Assembly: GCA_964016885.1 (NCBI GenBank)
Contig: OZ024742.1
Location: forward strand, 192,324,001-192,388,000
DNA: 64,000 nucleotides
Source: Eledone cirrhosa
Lineage: Eukaryota
Direction of reading: 5' to 3'
A program made the translations under genes and the position numbers. The notes below the pieces were generated by a model, which was not told where the DNA came from, searched no databases, and worked only from the letters and a program-made list of their open reading frames with translations. Below are positions 29,485 through 44,779 of this stretch, in pieces. Within the stretch, counting starts at the first letter, position 1; each line of letters starts with the position of its first letter.

Positions 29485-29527
29485 ACGGTGCTGATGATAG
29501 CTAAGAAGCTTGAAACTAGTACATCGT
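29485..29527 (+). ncRNA. Minimal type-I hammerhead ribozyme (43 nt)
   Basis: acggtg-CTGATGA-t agct(aaga)agct t-GAAA-(ctag)-TA-catcgt. Palindromic CUAG loop, GUA triplet, one U.U mismatch at the base of stem II. Confidence 0.8.
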
Positions 29528-29756
29528 TCCTGTGTCAGTGTTGAACAAAAAGGTGACGTGGTTGCCTTAACACCGTACGGCATAAATCAGGCTGTCCGTT
29601 TGTTTACAAACGGACAAAGCGGGCGTTATAATAAACGTCCGCTAAACTGATACGTACATATATATATGTGTACCTGTATGTATATATATATATATATATA
29701 TATGCATACTACTGTACGTCTGTATACATATATGTATGTACGTATACATACATACT

Positions 29757-29813
<57 letters not shown>

Positions 29814-29822
29814 GTATATATG

Positions 29823-29869
<47 letters not shown>

Positions 29870-29874
29870 GTGTG

Positions 29875-29943
<69 letters not shown>

Positions 29944-30070
29944 ATGTGTGTGAAAAATTGGTATTAGTAAGGTTATTTTAGTGTGTACATAGTAATAAGG
30001 TAGTGTGCATATGTATGTATATATGGATATGTACTAGTATATACATGCATACATACATATATACACACAC

Positions 30071-30141
<71 letters not shown>

Positions 30142-30150
30142 GATATATAT

Positions 30151-30193
<43 letters not shown>

Positions 30194-30412
30194 ACTGCAA
30201 TAATCTGCATATGGTTATGTCTTCAAGGCTGGACTCGCGTTGTATATACGGGTTAGCAAGTAAGCCGATTAATGTGTTTCTGCGTGTATATGAATGTATG
30301 TATATGTGAGTGTGTGTGTGTTCATTATTTATAACTGTGTCTATATGTGTATGCAGATGAGTCAGGGAGGCACTTATGGTTGGTTGGTGATTCAGATAGT
30401 GAAGGACATACA

Positions 30413-30477
<65 letters not shown>

Positions 30478-30479
30478 GT

Positions 30480-30558
<79 letters not shown>

Positions 30559-30628
30559 CATGTATATATATATATATATATATGCATATATATATATATA
30601 TATTTATAAATATATATATATGTATATA

Positions 30629-30733
<105 letters not shown>

Positions 30734-30814
30734 ATATACATATATATATATGCATATATATATATATTAATATATATATATATGTATATATATATATATG
30801 TATATATATACATG

Positions 30815-30882
<68 letters not shown>

Positions 30883-31235
30883 CATACATACATATATATA
30901 TATATATATGTATGTATGTATATATATATATATACATATGAGTGAGTGTATACTATATAGTATATAGTATATAGTATGGTGTACGTGAAATGTAACAATA
31001 TTTGTTATTAATATCAATATAGATATCAACATGGGTTGGAGAATTATCAAAACAAACGTGTGAAGCTATGTAGTGTAAGAGAGAGAGGGAGAGAGAAGGA
31101 GAATGAGTGAGAAGGCGGGGGGAGAGAAGGCGGAGGAGAGTGGCAGGGTTACATGCCTCCGTATAGTATGAGTGGTGGTTAGAGACAGGAAGACAGATTA
31201 ACATGGAGACGTCTGCACAGATCTGTGTCTTTGTC

Positions 31236-31376
<141 letters not shown>

Positions 31377-32025
31377 CTCTCTCTTTCTCTCACTCTCTCC
31401 CTCTCTCTCTATCTTCCCCTATCTCTCTCTCTTCCCCCATCTCTTTCTCTCTCTCTCCCTCTCTCTCTCTCTCTTCCCCCATCTCTTTCTCTCTCCCTCT
31501 CTCTCTTTCTTCCCCCATCTCTCTCTCACTCTCCCCATCTCTCTCTCTCTCTCACTCTCTCTCTCTCTCACTCTCCCTCTCCCTCTCTCTCTCTGTATGT
31601 GTGTGTGGTAGAATGTATAGTCTTAGAGCATAAAATCAGTGAAAAAATATGAGGTGGAGGAGGAGGGAGAGATTGAATGAAAGATAAGGGGGGGGGGGCG
31701 TGAATGAAACTTGGTGAAAATGGATTATGAAAGATAAGGATTGAAAGAAAGAAGGAGTAAGAATAAGAAAGAAAGAGAGAGAGATAGGGGGAGGGGGAGA
31801 TGGTAGTGAGGGAATATCGGAGACGATGGTGACTAAAGTGAGATATAAGATAGGTTATGGTGTAGGAACGACTGGTGAAGGTGGGAGCATTGCTAGTTGT
31901 TAGTAGTGGAGGTTTGGGTGTTTGGTGAGTGTCGGAATGTTTGGCAGCAGCGAAAAACTGGGTCCATTGTTCCTGGTGAAACACTTTGGATAAATTACAT
32001 ATTTTAGAAGACACCTAGACACACA

Positions 32026-32090
<65 letters not shown>

Positions 32091-32091
<1 letters not shown>

Positions 32092-32232
32092 ACGAAGGAA
32101 ATGTGGTAAGGAACCAGGTGGACCATAACGCACCAAAGTACTCAATACTTAGGGTAGTAGAGTGGGTAATAGGAACGAGTAGGACCCCGACAGCTGAGCT
32201 TAAGCCGTTTCGACGGCTAATTCTGGACTAAA
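32091..32232 (-). mobile_element. Family P copy 3 (ends at the palindrome axis)
   Basis: Tail plus one arm ending ...aattctggactaaa; preceded by (TA)n. Confidence 0.85.
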
Positions 32233-32258
32233 TGATTCTTTGCTTAAACTTTAATCTG

Positions 32259-32313
<55 letters not shown>

Positions 32314-33364
32314 TATATATATATATTTATATATATATAGATGTGTGTGTGTGTGAACATATACTCGATCGGGTTCCGAGTAGTTTCCATTTACCAAACT
32401 TCACACAAATTATTTGTCAGTCCCACGCTTCTACAGAACTAACTTGATCATGCAGTTAGATAGAACTCTAAACTGCGTGGTTCTGAATCGAAATTCTAAA
32501 TCACACAAATATTGCTGTACTATTTTTCTTTCGTATAAAATAGTTTATTTATCTGTGACCTAGTTCTAAGGCTGCCAAAATATTTGCTTGTTGTGTAGAA
32601 AAGTCCGTTCATTATATTGGAACAAAGGAAACATCTTTTTATTCGTCATTCCATTGCTGATACTGTCTGCTGGGTGCAGCTTCTTGCTAAATCGCCAACA
32701 CTTTTCTGGTGATAAAATGCAGAAGGTACAGAGCTCGAACAGATATTGTAGTACATTCTATCCAGCGCTTTGAAATCATTAGGTCCCGGGTTCGATCTAT
32801 TTCCTTTATATCTTGGGTAAATATCATTTACCATAGCCTCAGGTCAGCACATGACATGGGAGGGAAATTGGGTGGATGGAAACTGTTTGGAAGACCACCC
32901 TATACATTCCTTTTGTAATTCCAAGAGCCAGCCTTGTCACTCTCAAAATGATATAATAATATATACAATGGAATGCTAAAAGCTACAATCAATGTATTTT
33001 CACTGTGACAACTCAAATATCTGGACGGTTAGAGAAATATTATCTTCCTGGAAGTAATAAGTAACTGACAATATACTTTTATGCCATAGTTTTTCTCAAT
33101 GCAAAGTGGTGCCCAGTGAAGAAATAACCCACTTTTGTCATAACCCAACCACTTTTAATTGTTTGACAGAGACCCAAGGGGGTCCCTGTTGCCTCGTACG
33201 AGGGATTTAGTCACACAAGGGTATACGACATATTTAAGCATGCCGAAGATATTTGACACTCTGAGTTTTCTATTAGTGTATGAATGTGTGTGTGTGTGTA
33301 TATACATCATATTTACATGCCTTTGCCTTCTTGTTTGCATGTCTAAGCATGTATATATATATAT

Positions 33365-33421
<57 letters not shown>

Positions 33422-33648
33422 TGCGTGTAACACCCGCCCTACACCTAATGGTTGTCGAGATGGAATGACAAGTGCTGTAAGTAGTAGCATGGAAGATAAT
33501 CACCGGAAGTATTCGCAAGATGTCACCGATACAGGGCTATATTTCCGCACGCGACGGCACCACGCCAACTGCAATATGTATATTATCATTATTCCATCAC
33601 ACTTTTATCTCATACTAAATGAATATTTCATTATTTACTGTTTATGAG

Positions 33649-33717
<69 letters not shown>

Positions 33718-33954
33718 GTGTGTGACAGAAAGTGAGTGGGTTTGTGACGAAGGTTGTTGATGCTGTTGTTACGGCGTAGGTTTCTATGATTTTACATAAC
33801 ATGGGAGTAGTTTCCTATTATGGTAGGGGACCCCTAATCCTAACATGTAACAGTAGGTGTGATTTGAACGTTCCAGAGGTAACTGAATTATTAGCTCGTT
33901 GTTCTGAAGACTCGACTAAATATTACTAAAGAATAGAACTGAAGATCACGATAT

Positions 33955-34103
33955 AATGGTTTCTTATATAGACACAAGGCCAGTTATTTTGTGGGAGGGG
34001 AAAGTCGATTAAAATCGATCCCAGTGCGTGACTGCTACTTTATTTTATCGACCCCGTAAGGATGAAAGGCAAAGTTAACCTCGGCGGGATTTGAACTCAG
34101 ATC
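33955..34103 (-). mobile_element. Family A SINE, 5'-truncated
   Basis: Core tttatcgaccccgtaaggatgaaaggcaaagttaacctcggcgggatttgaactcag. Confidence 0.85.
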
Positions 34104-34949
34104 ACAACCACTACTCACAACCACTATCTCTTTTTCTCTATCTTCCTATCTCTCTATTTATGAAGGTTCCAGGATAAAAAAAACCCGAATCTCGGGAACG
34201 CGTGCCCCGATTTACACGAAACTTGTTTTATTTCATTTGTATACACATTTCAGGGGCAATTTCCTTTCAAAGTATTTTCCAACTATGTACCGTTTTGGCT
34301 GTATTAAATTACAGATAAGCATACAATCACGGAGTTTTAGTAGTATATAGATATATGCTGCGCTCTATGCTATTAAATAGTTCGTTACTACATTTTTAAT
34401 GATTTTAAAATCATTATTTATATGACCAAGAATTAGGAGGGACTTAGTGCTATATCTTATTATTTATCTATTGTTTGAAGCATAATTTAACAAGAGTTTT
34501 ATATAAACTTATGATGGAAGGTTTATATAAATATAATCACTTCAAATAACAGTTATTCATCATATGGCATGAAAGGGTTTCAGGTAGTTTAGTATCAAAG
34601 GGTTGAAATAACTAAATATTATGTCTCAGTATTTCATAATGGATAATTGCAATAATCATTTAAAAGCCGTATCTCCGTATATAATGTTCATTACAAAATC
34701 ATAATAGGTTTATTGTATTTTGTATTATCATGGTTTCTCTAATTATTAAACGCAATAAGGAAACCTTGGCAATACAGAACTAGTATTACAAGATAGAAAC
34801 GAACAGAGTCCATATCTTTATAGATTCATATCTAAAAGTAATATATACTTTGTTCTTTGAAATATAGCCAAACATAGGTTACACGGACATTATCTATTCA
34901 AATTGTGTATCATCTGAACAAGATATCAAAATCCTGTGGAAATATATGC

Positions 34950-35091
34950 ACAGGCATGGCTTTGTGGTTAAGGAGGTTGCATTGGAACTACATAATTTCA
35001 GGTTCACTCCAACGGAGTGACACATTGTGAATGCCTTTTTACTATAGCCTTGTGAGTGATATTTTTTAGACTGAAACTGCGAGGAAATCCG

Positions 35092-35093
<2 letters not shown>
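34950..35093 (+). mobile_element. tRNA-derived SINE family C (related copy on - at ~32360-32515)
   Basis: ggcatggctttgtggttaagg...caggttcactcc...ttagactgaaactg..gg.aatccgtc ending in (TA)n. Confidence 0.55.
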
Positions 35094-35170
<77 letters not shown>

Positions 35171-35270
35171 GAGAGAGAGAGATTTGTGTCACTGTCTGCT
35201 CTTAGGTTTACTGTTTGTTGCATATATCTAATAACTTAGCTGTTGGACAAAAGGAAATCTATAAAATAAC

Positions 35271-35392
35271 TGTAATCTGAGTTTTTCGAATATTACTAAT
35301 AACATTCGATTCGTTTGCAATTATGTAAAATTGAGGCTTGTTTGCATAATTGCAAACGAATCGAATGTTATTATTAATAAACTCAGATTACA
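35271..35392. repeat. Fold-back inverted repeat; same arm family as 63321-63512
   Basis: tgtaatctgagttt...ttcgtttgcaattatg / cataattgcaaacgaa...aaactcagattaca. Confidence 0.88.
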
Positions 35393-36214
35393 TTTATTGT
35401 ATTCAGCTATGTAGAACGAAATTTTTCTTTTTTATATGAAATAACTACTAAACCTAAAATAATAAGTATGACAAATGAATAAAATAATTTTCATTTGCCA
35501 CACTGTGTAACTTTAACTAGATTGTAGCTGCTCTCATTTTTTTTTCTTTGTATATAATGGTTAAAAATGAATTTGAATTACTGAAGAACATATAAAAAGG
35601 TTCTTTTACGTGACTTTTATTTCAAATTATGAAGAGTTAATTGTTAATTGGTCTATTAGTTTTATTTTTGTTGAAAATTTAAACAGTGTTAAACTAATTG
35701 TAACATAGAAATTAGTCATATGCCAATGCATTTAAAAGTTTTGCAAAATCAGAGGCGTTTTTTTAAAAGTAGTCGAGTCTGTTATTATTACAACGTCTAT
35801 AAAGAGAAAGCGAGCATCATTGGTAATGGAAATGAGATTTTACAGCATCTGACTCCTTGTGAAAAGGGATCAAAGATTTCGACAAACGTACATCACTGGA
35901 AAACTTATTAAATAAAAAACCTCAATAAGCGTTCTATTTTTTATTATTTTTTACGTAATTATATTTAGTAAGGTTTCCATTATTCATTCATCAATCTTTA
36001 TCAATTCTCTTCTGTTTCCATTTATCCTATTGGTATGCTGGTATATTAACACCGACTGTTTCTCACGTTTTCATTAAGACACAAGAAAAAATCTTTCTCA
36101 AAAGCACTAGTGTTGTGTCTCGCCCAAGGATATATATCAGAACGGTGGGGAAGGAGATGGAAGTCAGAATCTCTTTACATTTTGAGTTCAAATTCTGCTG
36201 AAGTTAGCTATGAT

Positions 36215-37258
36215 TTGTGGATTGACAGAATCGGTAGGGCGTTGGACAACATGCTTTGTGGCACATAGTTACGTCCCTTTACGTTCTGAGTTCAATTCCT
36301 GTCGAGGCTAGCTTTGACTTTCATCCTTATGAGGTCGATAAAAAAGTACCAGTAATACACCGAGATCGATTTAATCGACTTTCCACTTCCACAAAATTGC
36401 TGGCCTTGTGCCTAAATCAGAAACGATCATTATGTAGAGCAATATATTATAGACGATAAATTTTTCAGATGTTTAATTAACGGAACAGCTTGATAGTGAA
36501 ATTAAAGTATAAGTGAAATGTATGTGCAAGGCCACTTTTACCTGGAATTTGGTTCTCAGAGAGATTCCGCGTGGCGTGATTTGACAAGAATGGCTTTTCG
36601 AATTAGACGTAAACTCAGATTTGCCTAGTAGCCCGGGCCAACGAGAAATAAAATATCTTCCTCGTGGCTAAAGTGCGTCCCCGTGAATCGAATTCACAAT
36701 TTTATGATCTTGAGCCTAAACTTGACCCTAACTACTAATCCAATTCCCTTCACGACTATTCAAGAACTGGCGTAGATATAATCGACTTCCCTCACTTCCA
36801 AACGGCTAACCTTGTACCTAAATTAGAAAATAATAATTGTTTCTACTTTTGGCACAAGACCAGCAATTATTCCAGTGCATTACTGGTGCTTTATTTTATC
36901 GACCCCGTAAGGATGAAAGGCAAAGTGAACTTCAGCAGGATTTGAACTCTGACCGTAAAGGGCCATAACTCTATGCTGCAAAGCATGGCGTCCGGCCACT
37001 CTACCGATACTGCCAATCCACCTAAAATAATAATGAGGGCAGAGGATTGGCAATGTCATCGATGAATCGTGGGACAACATGTTTAGTCTTATGTAGTTAC
37101 GAAGTTCTACGTTCTGATTTTAAATGAGGCCGAGGTCAACTTTGCTTCCTCTAGTTTCGGGGTCGATAATATAAAGTACTAATTAAGTACTAGGGTTCAA
37201 TATAATCGATATTCCCTTCTCCCAAATTGCTGGCCTTGTTTCAATGCTAGAAATAGTT
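36215..37258. mobile_element. Cluster of family A SINE copies (36215-36430 +, 36833-37022 -, 37038-37258 +)
   Basis: Each carries the A/B-box head and/or the ctttcatcc..gtcgataa core. Confidence 0.75.
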
Positions 37259-37404
37259 ATTGGTAAATAGATTAAACAATGTATTATGTTTTTGCGTACT
37301 TTTAGAGAAGGAAAATAACAATTTATACAAAATGTGGGGGAATTCCAGCAAATATAAAACTAAAACGTGTCATTGGGGTGCCTTGCTTAATTAAGCTGTT
37401 CAGT

Positions 37405-37486
<82 letters not shown>

Positions 37487-39947
37487 TACGTGACATGATC
37501 ACGTGATGGTGTTTCATTAAAAATTCAATTGATATTTTTTTTAGTCAGAATTTCCTTATCACATTTATCTGTACTTAGTCATTCTATTATCTTATCTGTT
37601 TTTTTTTTTGTTGTTTCTTTTTCTCTCCCCTCAACCTTATTCCCTCTGTCACCTCCCTTCTTCCACCCCCGCCACAATTTAGTCTATCCCTTTTTATATA
37701 TCACACTTTCTATCTATCTATATATCTATCCATCTCTTTTCTACATAGCTATCTTTCTTCTTTTTTTCTATCTATCACTATCTAACTCTATCCATCTGCT
37801 TATCATTTTTGTCAGTCAAAAAGTGAGTTATCATCAACACTTCATTTTTATAATAACCGGAAGAATGTGAAGGGTGTCCCTGTAAGGGAATGAATTTTAA
37901 AGGGAGTCAAAATAAGTAGATATATATCTTTATGGCACAGAACAAAACAGTGCAGAACAGCACAGCACAGCAAAATGACAATACAAGAATAGTACTTACA
38001 ACAACAAAGAAAAAAATAACAACCACTACTACTACAAAAACCTTAATAATAATAACAAAAATCAACGGTAGTAACAATACAATACGGAAACTAATTATTT
38101 ATTTTTCGAGTGTGAACAGTGCTCACACATAAACATACACACATACACACACACTGTCTTTCCCCTACACACACATACACATATACCCCCCCCCACACAC
38201 ATACACATACAAACTCACATATACATTCACTCGCTCTCCCCACACACATACAAACACATACACACACACATTGTCTCTCTCTCTATCTCTCTCCCACAAA
38301 CACACACTCACAAAAACATACGTAAAAAATCGTGGTAAAATATTTCGAGTGTTTTCGCTCATGTTCATGTTTTCATTCTCGCTTTTACTTTTATTATTTT
38401 TTTGTTACCATTCTTACCATTTTCCCCGTTTTATGTTCTTGTTGTAATTATTATTATTGTCGTTGTTCTTGTTGTTATTGAATTGTTATTGTTACAATTG
38501 TAACTCTTATCATTCTTTCTTCGAAACCATCAGTTTGGTCATTTGTTTTTTGGTTTTTTGGTTTATGTGTGGTGTCGTAGTTGTTATTATTGCTGTTGTC
38601 AATATTGTTGTTCTTTTCATCAGTTTCGTTGTTGTTATTGTCCTTGTCGTCGTTGTTGCCGCTGTTTCTCTTATCTTTTTTATTATTTTTTCTTCTTTCA
38701 AATGCAAATTTCCATAGAAAATATTGGCACGTTTTGACACGGTTACAATGAAAGCATAACAATCAGACAAGTTAGATTTTTTTCTCCCAAAAATGATTTG
38801 AAAGGTGTCAGAAATTGTGTTATTTTACAGCTTTAGTTTATTTTATTTTAATTTTTTGTATTACTTTAGATTTATTTATTTATTTTGTTTAATATTCCAT
38901 TTATATTGTACAGTTAAAGTTTATCTTTGATCCTGTTGCACTCAGAATATCTCTTCTAATATCAAAGTATCTATTCTAAAATCTAAAATCTAATTCACGG
39001 AAAAAAGAAAAAGTAAGTCACCTCTAAACTCAAAGAGCTTTCGAAAAACCGTTCACTATAAATGAATCAATATAGAAATAAATAGAGATAAGTGAAATAA
39101 GAGTACACACTTGCACCTTTACACAAGTATACACATACTCTCGTAGATAAAGACACACACATGTATTTGAATGTATTCAACTTTTTACAACGAGACTTAT
39201 AATTTAAAACACCAGTTATCATTCAGTATGAATGTTCGACTACAGTAACAGCCGAGTACATCTCTTCTTCGCCTAGTACACCGTTCGTAATCATTTGTAG
39301 TTCCATTCACACGTGTGTGTGGTTTATGTATGTGTGGTGTATGCGTTTGTGCTTATTTGTGTGTGTATGTAAACAATGGGTTTGAGATTTTAAACTTTAG
39401 ACGGAGTTTGAACTCGAAATACTTGAACAGACACCACAAATAAAGAGATTCGGCGCTGTAACAATACAACTAATGTTCTATTATGGACTAGTATATTATT
39501 ATATCGACCCTGAATGGATGAAAGGCAAAAATTGACCCAGGTTGGATATAAACATAGAGTTCATAAACTGGAACAAATACCACCAATGTTCTACTATGGA
39601 GTGGCATCATATTATATCGACCGAGAATGGATGAAAGGCAAAATTAACCCAGGTTATATTTAACCTCAGAGCGCAGAAAGCTGGAACCAGACGATATTTT
39701 ATCGCGCCAATGAATCTACTAATTTATCGTAGTTATAACTACATTAATTTTATACAATTTTTAAAATATGTGTTACCTTGTACATAAATAGTTATTATTT
39801 AATTAATCTTGTCGCCAATAATTGCATGCTAAGTTAATTGGAAGAATTATTTCTCTTGAGTTCTGGTTTTCGCAGACAAAACAACTTCATTCCATATTCG
39901 TTAGTGTATAAATATTTAATGGTACAGACGTATAAAAAGTGAATCTT

Positions 39948-40456
39948 TAAATAATAATTGTTTCTACTTCTGGCACAAGGCCAGCAATTACCCAGTGCAT
40001 TACTGGTACTTTATTTTATCGACCCCGTAAGGATGAAAGGCAAAGTTAACCTCGACGGGATTTGAACTCAGACCGTAAAGGGACGTAACTATGCTGGAAA
40101 GCATGGCGTCCGACTTTCTAGCGATACTGCCAAATCACTTTAAATAATAATTGTTTCTACTTTTGGCACAAGGCCAGCAATTACCCAGTGCATTACTGGT
40201 ACTTCATTTTATCGACCCCGTAGGGATGAAAGGCAAAGTTAACCTCGACGGGATTTGAACTCAGACCGTAAAGGGACGTAACTATGCTGGAAAGCATGGC
40301 GTCCGACTTTCTAGCGATACTGCCAAATCACCTTAAATAATAATTGTTTCTACTTTTGGCACAAGGCCAGCAATTACCCAGTGCATTACTGGTACTTTAT
40401 TTTATCGACCCCGTAAGGATGAAAGGCAAAGTTAACCTCGACGGGATTTGAACTCA
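39948..40456 (-). mobile_element. Tandem array of family A SINE, period 193 bp (2.6 units)
   Basis: Units start at 39948, 40141 and 40334 and are nearly identical. Confidence 0.93.
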
Positions 40457-41151
40457 ATACTTAATCATACAAAATACATTATTTGTGTTCTTATTTCTTG
40501 GAAAATGTAGTCAGTCTGTTGCAGGAATTGTTGAGTCATTTCTTATATATGGTTACTGACACTAACTTTAGAATTTTGATCTGGACAGACAAAGCAGCAA
40601 GTATGTTGGCAATCAAACCAAATATAGAAATTGAAAAAAAACACTTATCTTTGGATCTTGTAATATACCTTGTCTGTCGCTTTCGATATATTTGTGTTAT
40701 AACATATGGCAGCCATATCAACAATAAATAATGGTTTAATAATTAGATAAAATATATTAAAGCAAAATATGTTAGTTCTATGTCATAAAGAAATGGTGTT
40801 GTTCTATTGCATATGGCTGTCATCTTATGAGGTTTTCCAGAATATAGCACCCAACATTTTGTCCCAAGTTTTTGTTTGATCAAGGGAACTCCAGTTGTGA
40901 CGAATGGGTGGTATGAATTCGGAGTGAACTTCTTAAATATGAAATTACTCTTGTTGGGCGGTAATATGACAGAGTCGTTAGGATAGTGGATTATAGGTTT
41001 CGGTATTTGTTCCGGCTCAATATGATTTAAGTTCAAATACCACAGAGGTCAACTTTGACTTTCAGTCTTTCGGGGTCGATAAATAATGTATCAGTCAAGT
41101 ATATTATATATATTTATATAGATGTGCGTGTAGACACACGCACACACACAC

Positions 41152-42614
<1,463 letters not shown>

Positions 42615-42718
42615 CGGCTCGGAAATCTCTTTCCTAGAGCTATTTTATTGTAAGAGACTATTTTGAGTTTCTAACTCAATATATACCTTTGATATATATA
42701 TATATGTGTGTGTGTGTG

Positions 42719-42769
<51 letters not shown>

Positions 42770-42813
42770 TGTGTGTGTAACAAAATATCATATATTTTCA
42801 CAAGCTCTGATAG

Positions 42814-42895
42814 TTGGCAGGTAAACAGTAAACTGCACCGATGAAGGGGTAATCACTCAGAAACATTAGTATCTGCAGTTCTGTTTACATGCCAA
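42814..42895 (+). ncRNA. Degenerate type-I hammerhead motif with long stem I, CCGAUGA core
   Basis: ttggcaggtaaacag.aaactgca-CCGATGA-aggggtaatcactca-GAAA-c(atta)g-TA-tctgcagttctgtttacatgccaa; stem II is poorly paired. Confidence 0.5.
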
Positions 42896-42956
42896 TACAA
42901 GAGCAAGAATGATGGGCTCATTCTACTGACATGGCTTAAAAGAGGATGTTTGCATG

Positions 42957-42990
<34 letters not shown>

Positions 42991-44239
42991 CATTGTTTTC
43001 ATATCCACCGTAGAATAAGCTCAAAGATTAGATCCGAGCATTACATATCAATTAGAAATAGATTGACATATATATATATAAAATAAATACATGAAACAAT
43101 CACAGGCAATAATTTGTAAAGAATGTAGGCACACATAGCTAGGTAGGTATCTAATTAAAGTTTGACTAGAACTTCAAATATTAAAATGATTAATCTCCTT
43201 TGTATATATTTCTTTAAGTAAGAAATATATTTCACCTATTAATCCGTAAATCACAGCAGTTAAATTCTTGGATGTTCACCAAAGGAGAAGGAAAAATAAC
43301 CATCTGTGTTTACAAAGCAAGTGCAAATCTGTGAATGATTCGAACCGCGTGTTGCATTTTTTTTAAAATACACTCGTTGAACAACGTCATCCCAGTGGCG
43401 TGAATAGGACCATCGACAGCCAGAAATAGCAGCCGAGCCTATTCAACTGAATTAGCTCAACAATCAAGGGGCCGTATATATATATCCAAATTTAAGGGTT
43501 GTCATGTCTGAGAGACATGCGCCATATCCACCGTAGAGATATATATATAGAGTTTTTTTCGGAATGTTTTTGACTGGTGTTTCATGTAAACAGACATTCG
43601 TCTCATTCTGACGTCACCAGCCCTGTCTCTACATGTGCGTTTTTCTTCATAATTACGCATGATGTTGAACTAGCCTGCTTTTAAAATTCCCTTTTTGGCA
43701 TATTATAAACAGTGGAACTTTGGTTATCGTGTCTTTGAGCTCTGCTGATGATCGATTCCAACCGTAACCATCCCCACTGAAAGTTTCGTGAAATAGTCTT
43801 TAAGACTATACAGAGCATTGCAGATTTTCCAAATTGAAGGATGAGTATTTTAAACTTTATTTTATTCTGAGTTAAGGCTCTATTGATTTTTCCCAGGATT
43901 TCACCAAATTCTGTGGATGAATCTATATCCTGATTCTTTTTGAATTGAGATTGAATTATTTTCCCACATCTTACGTTAACTATTTTTCAATTTTGACGCT
44001 ATAGTCACTTATATATTATGGAATACTGTTAGCTTCTTGCTACAATAATTTCTATACTTTTCATTTATATATATATATATATATATATATAACATTGATA
44101 ACTTTGATAGGAGTTGGCCAGTATTAGCCCAGACTGTGTCTAACTTATAGCACCACCTCTCGAAGTCTTTCATGTCATGTTTCACATATTAATGTTGTAG
44201 TCACAATTGACAACTACATTAAAGAGTTACTGTTGTCGG

Positions 44240-44720
44240 AGATTTATCCGAGTGTCTTAGGTTTATCCATTATTTCTTGGAGGAATATGTCTAGGGAACT
44301 TTTGAATCTTATGGGACATTCTATTGATATATGTGTATCTGATATTGAGAAGAACATGACCAGTGAATGTGAGATAGTTGTGTTATAATGTTGACATGAT
44401 CTCAAGATTGATATGTGTAGTGCCTGGGCAGCACATGGACTAAGCATTGGTGAATTTTAATGTCGATGCTGACATCATCTGGGTATTGTTAATGGAATAT
44501 TTTCCATATCATATAAATGACGTACTGCTCACGGTGATGTTCGAGAGAGCAGTGTTGGAGTTTTTCTAGTCGAATACAATGGTCAAAATCGATCATGTCT
44601 ATCGTTTTGTAATTGACCTCTGCGTTGCTTCAATTTCCATATTCCATTGTTTGTGTTGGGAGATATCAGCGGGCAATAGTACTAAAGTGGCAGTCTAACA
44701 AAAGTAGAGAAATCTTGTCT
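44240..44720 (-). mobile_element. CR1/L2-group LINE ORF2 3' fragment, degenerate
   Basis: Minus strand, across frameshifts: FVRLPL*YYCPLISP..IEATQRSITKR..RLEKLQHCSLEHHREQYVIYMIWKI..FKSSLDIFLQEIMDKP, matching the CR1 C-terminal pattern. Confidence 0.75.
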
Positions 44721-44779
44721 TTTGAGCCTGTGAAAGCACAAGTGAAACTCTAGTGTATGTTTGTGTGCGTAATATCATA

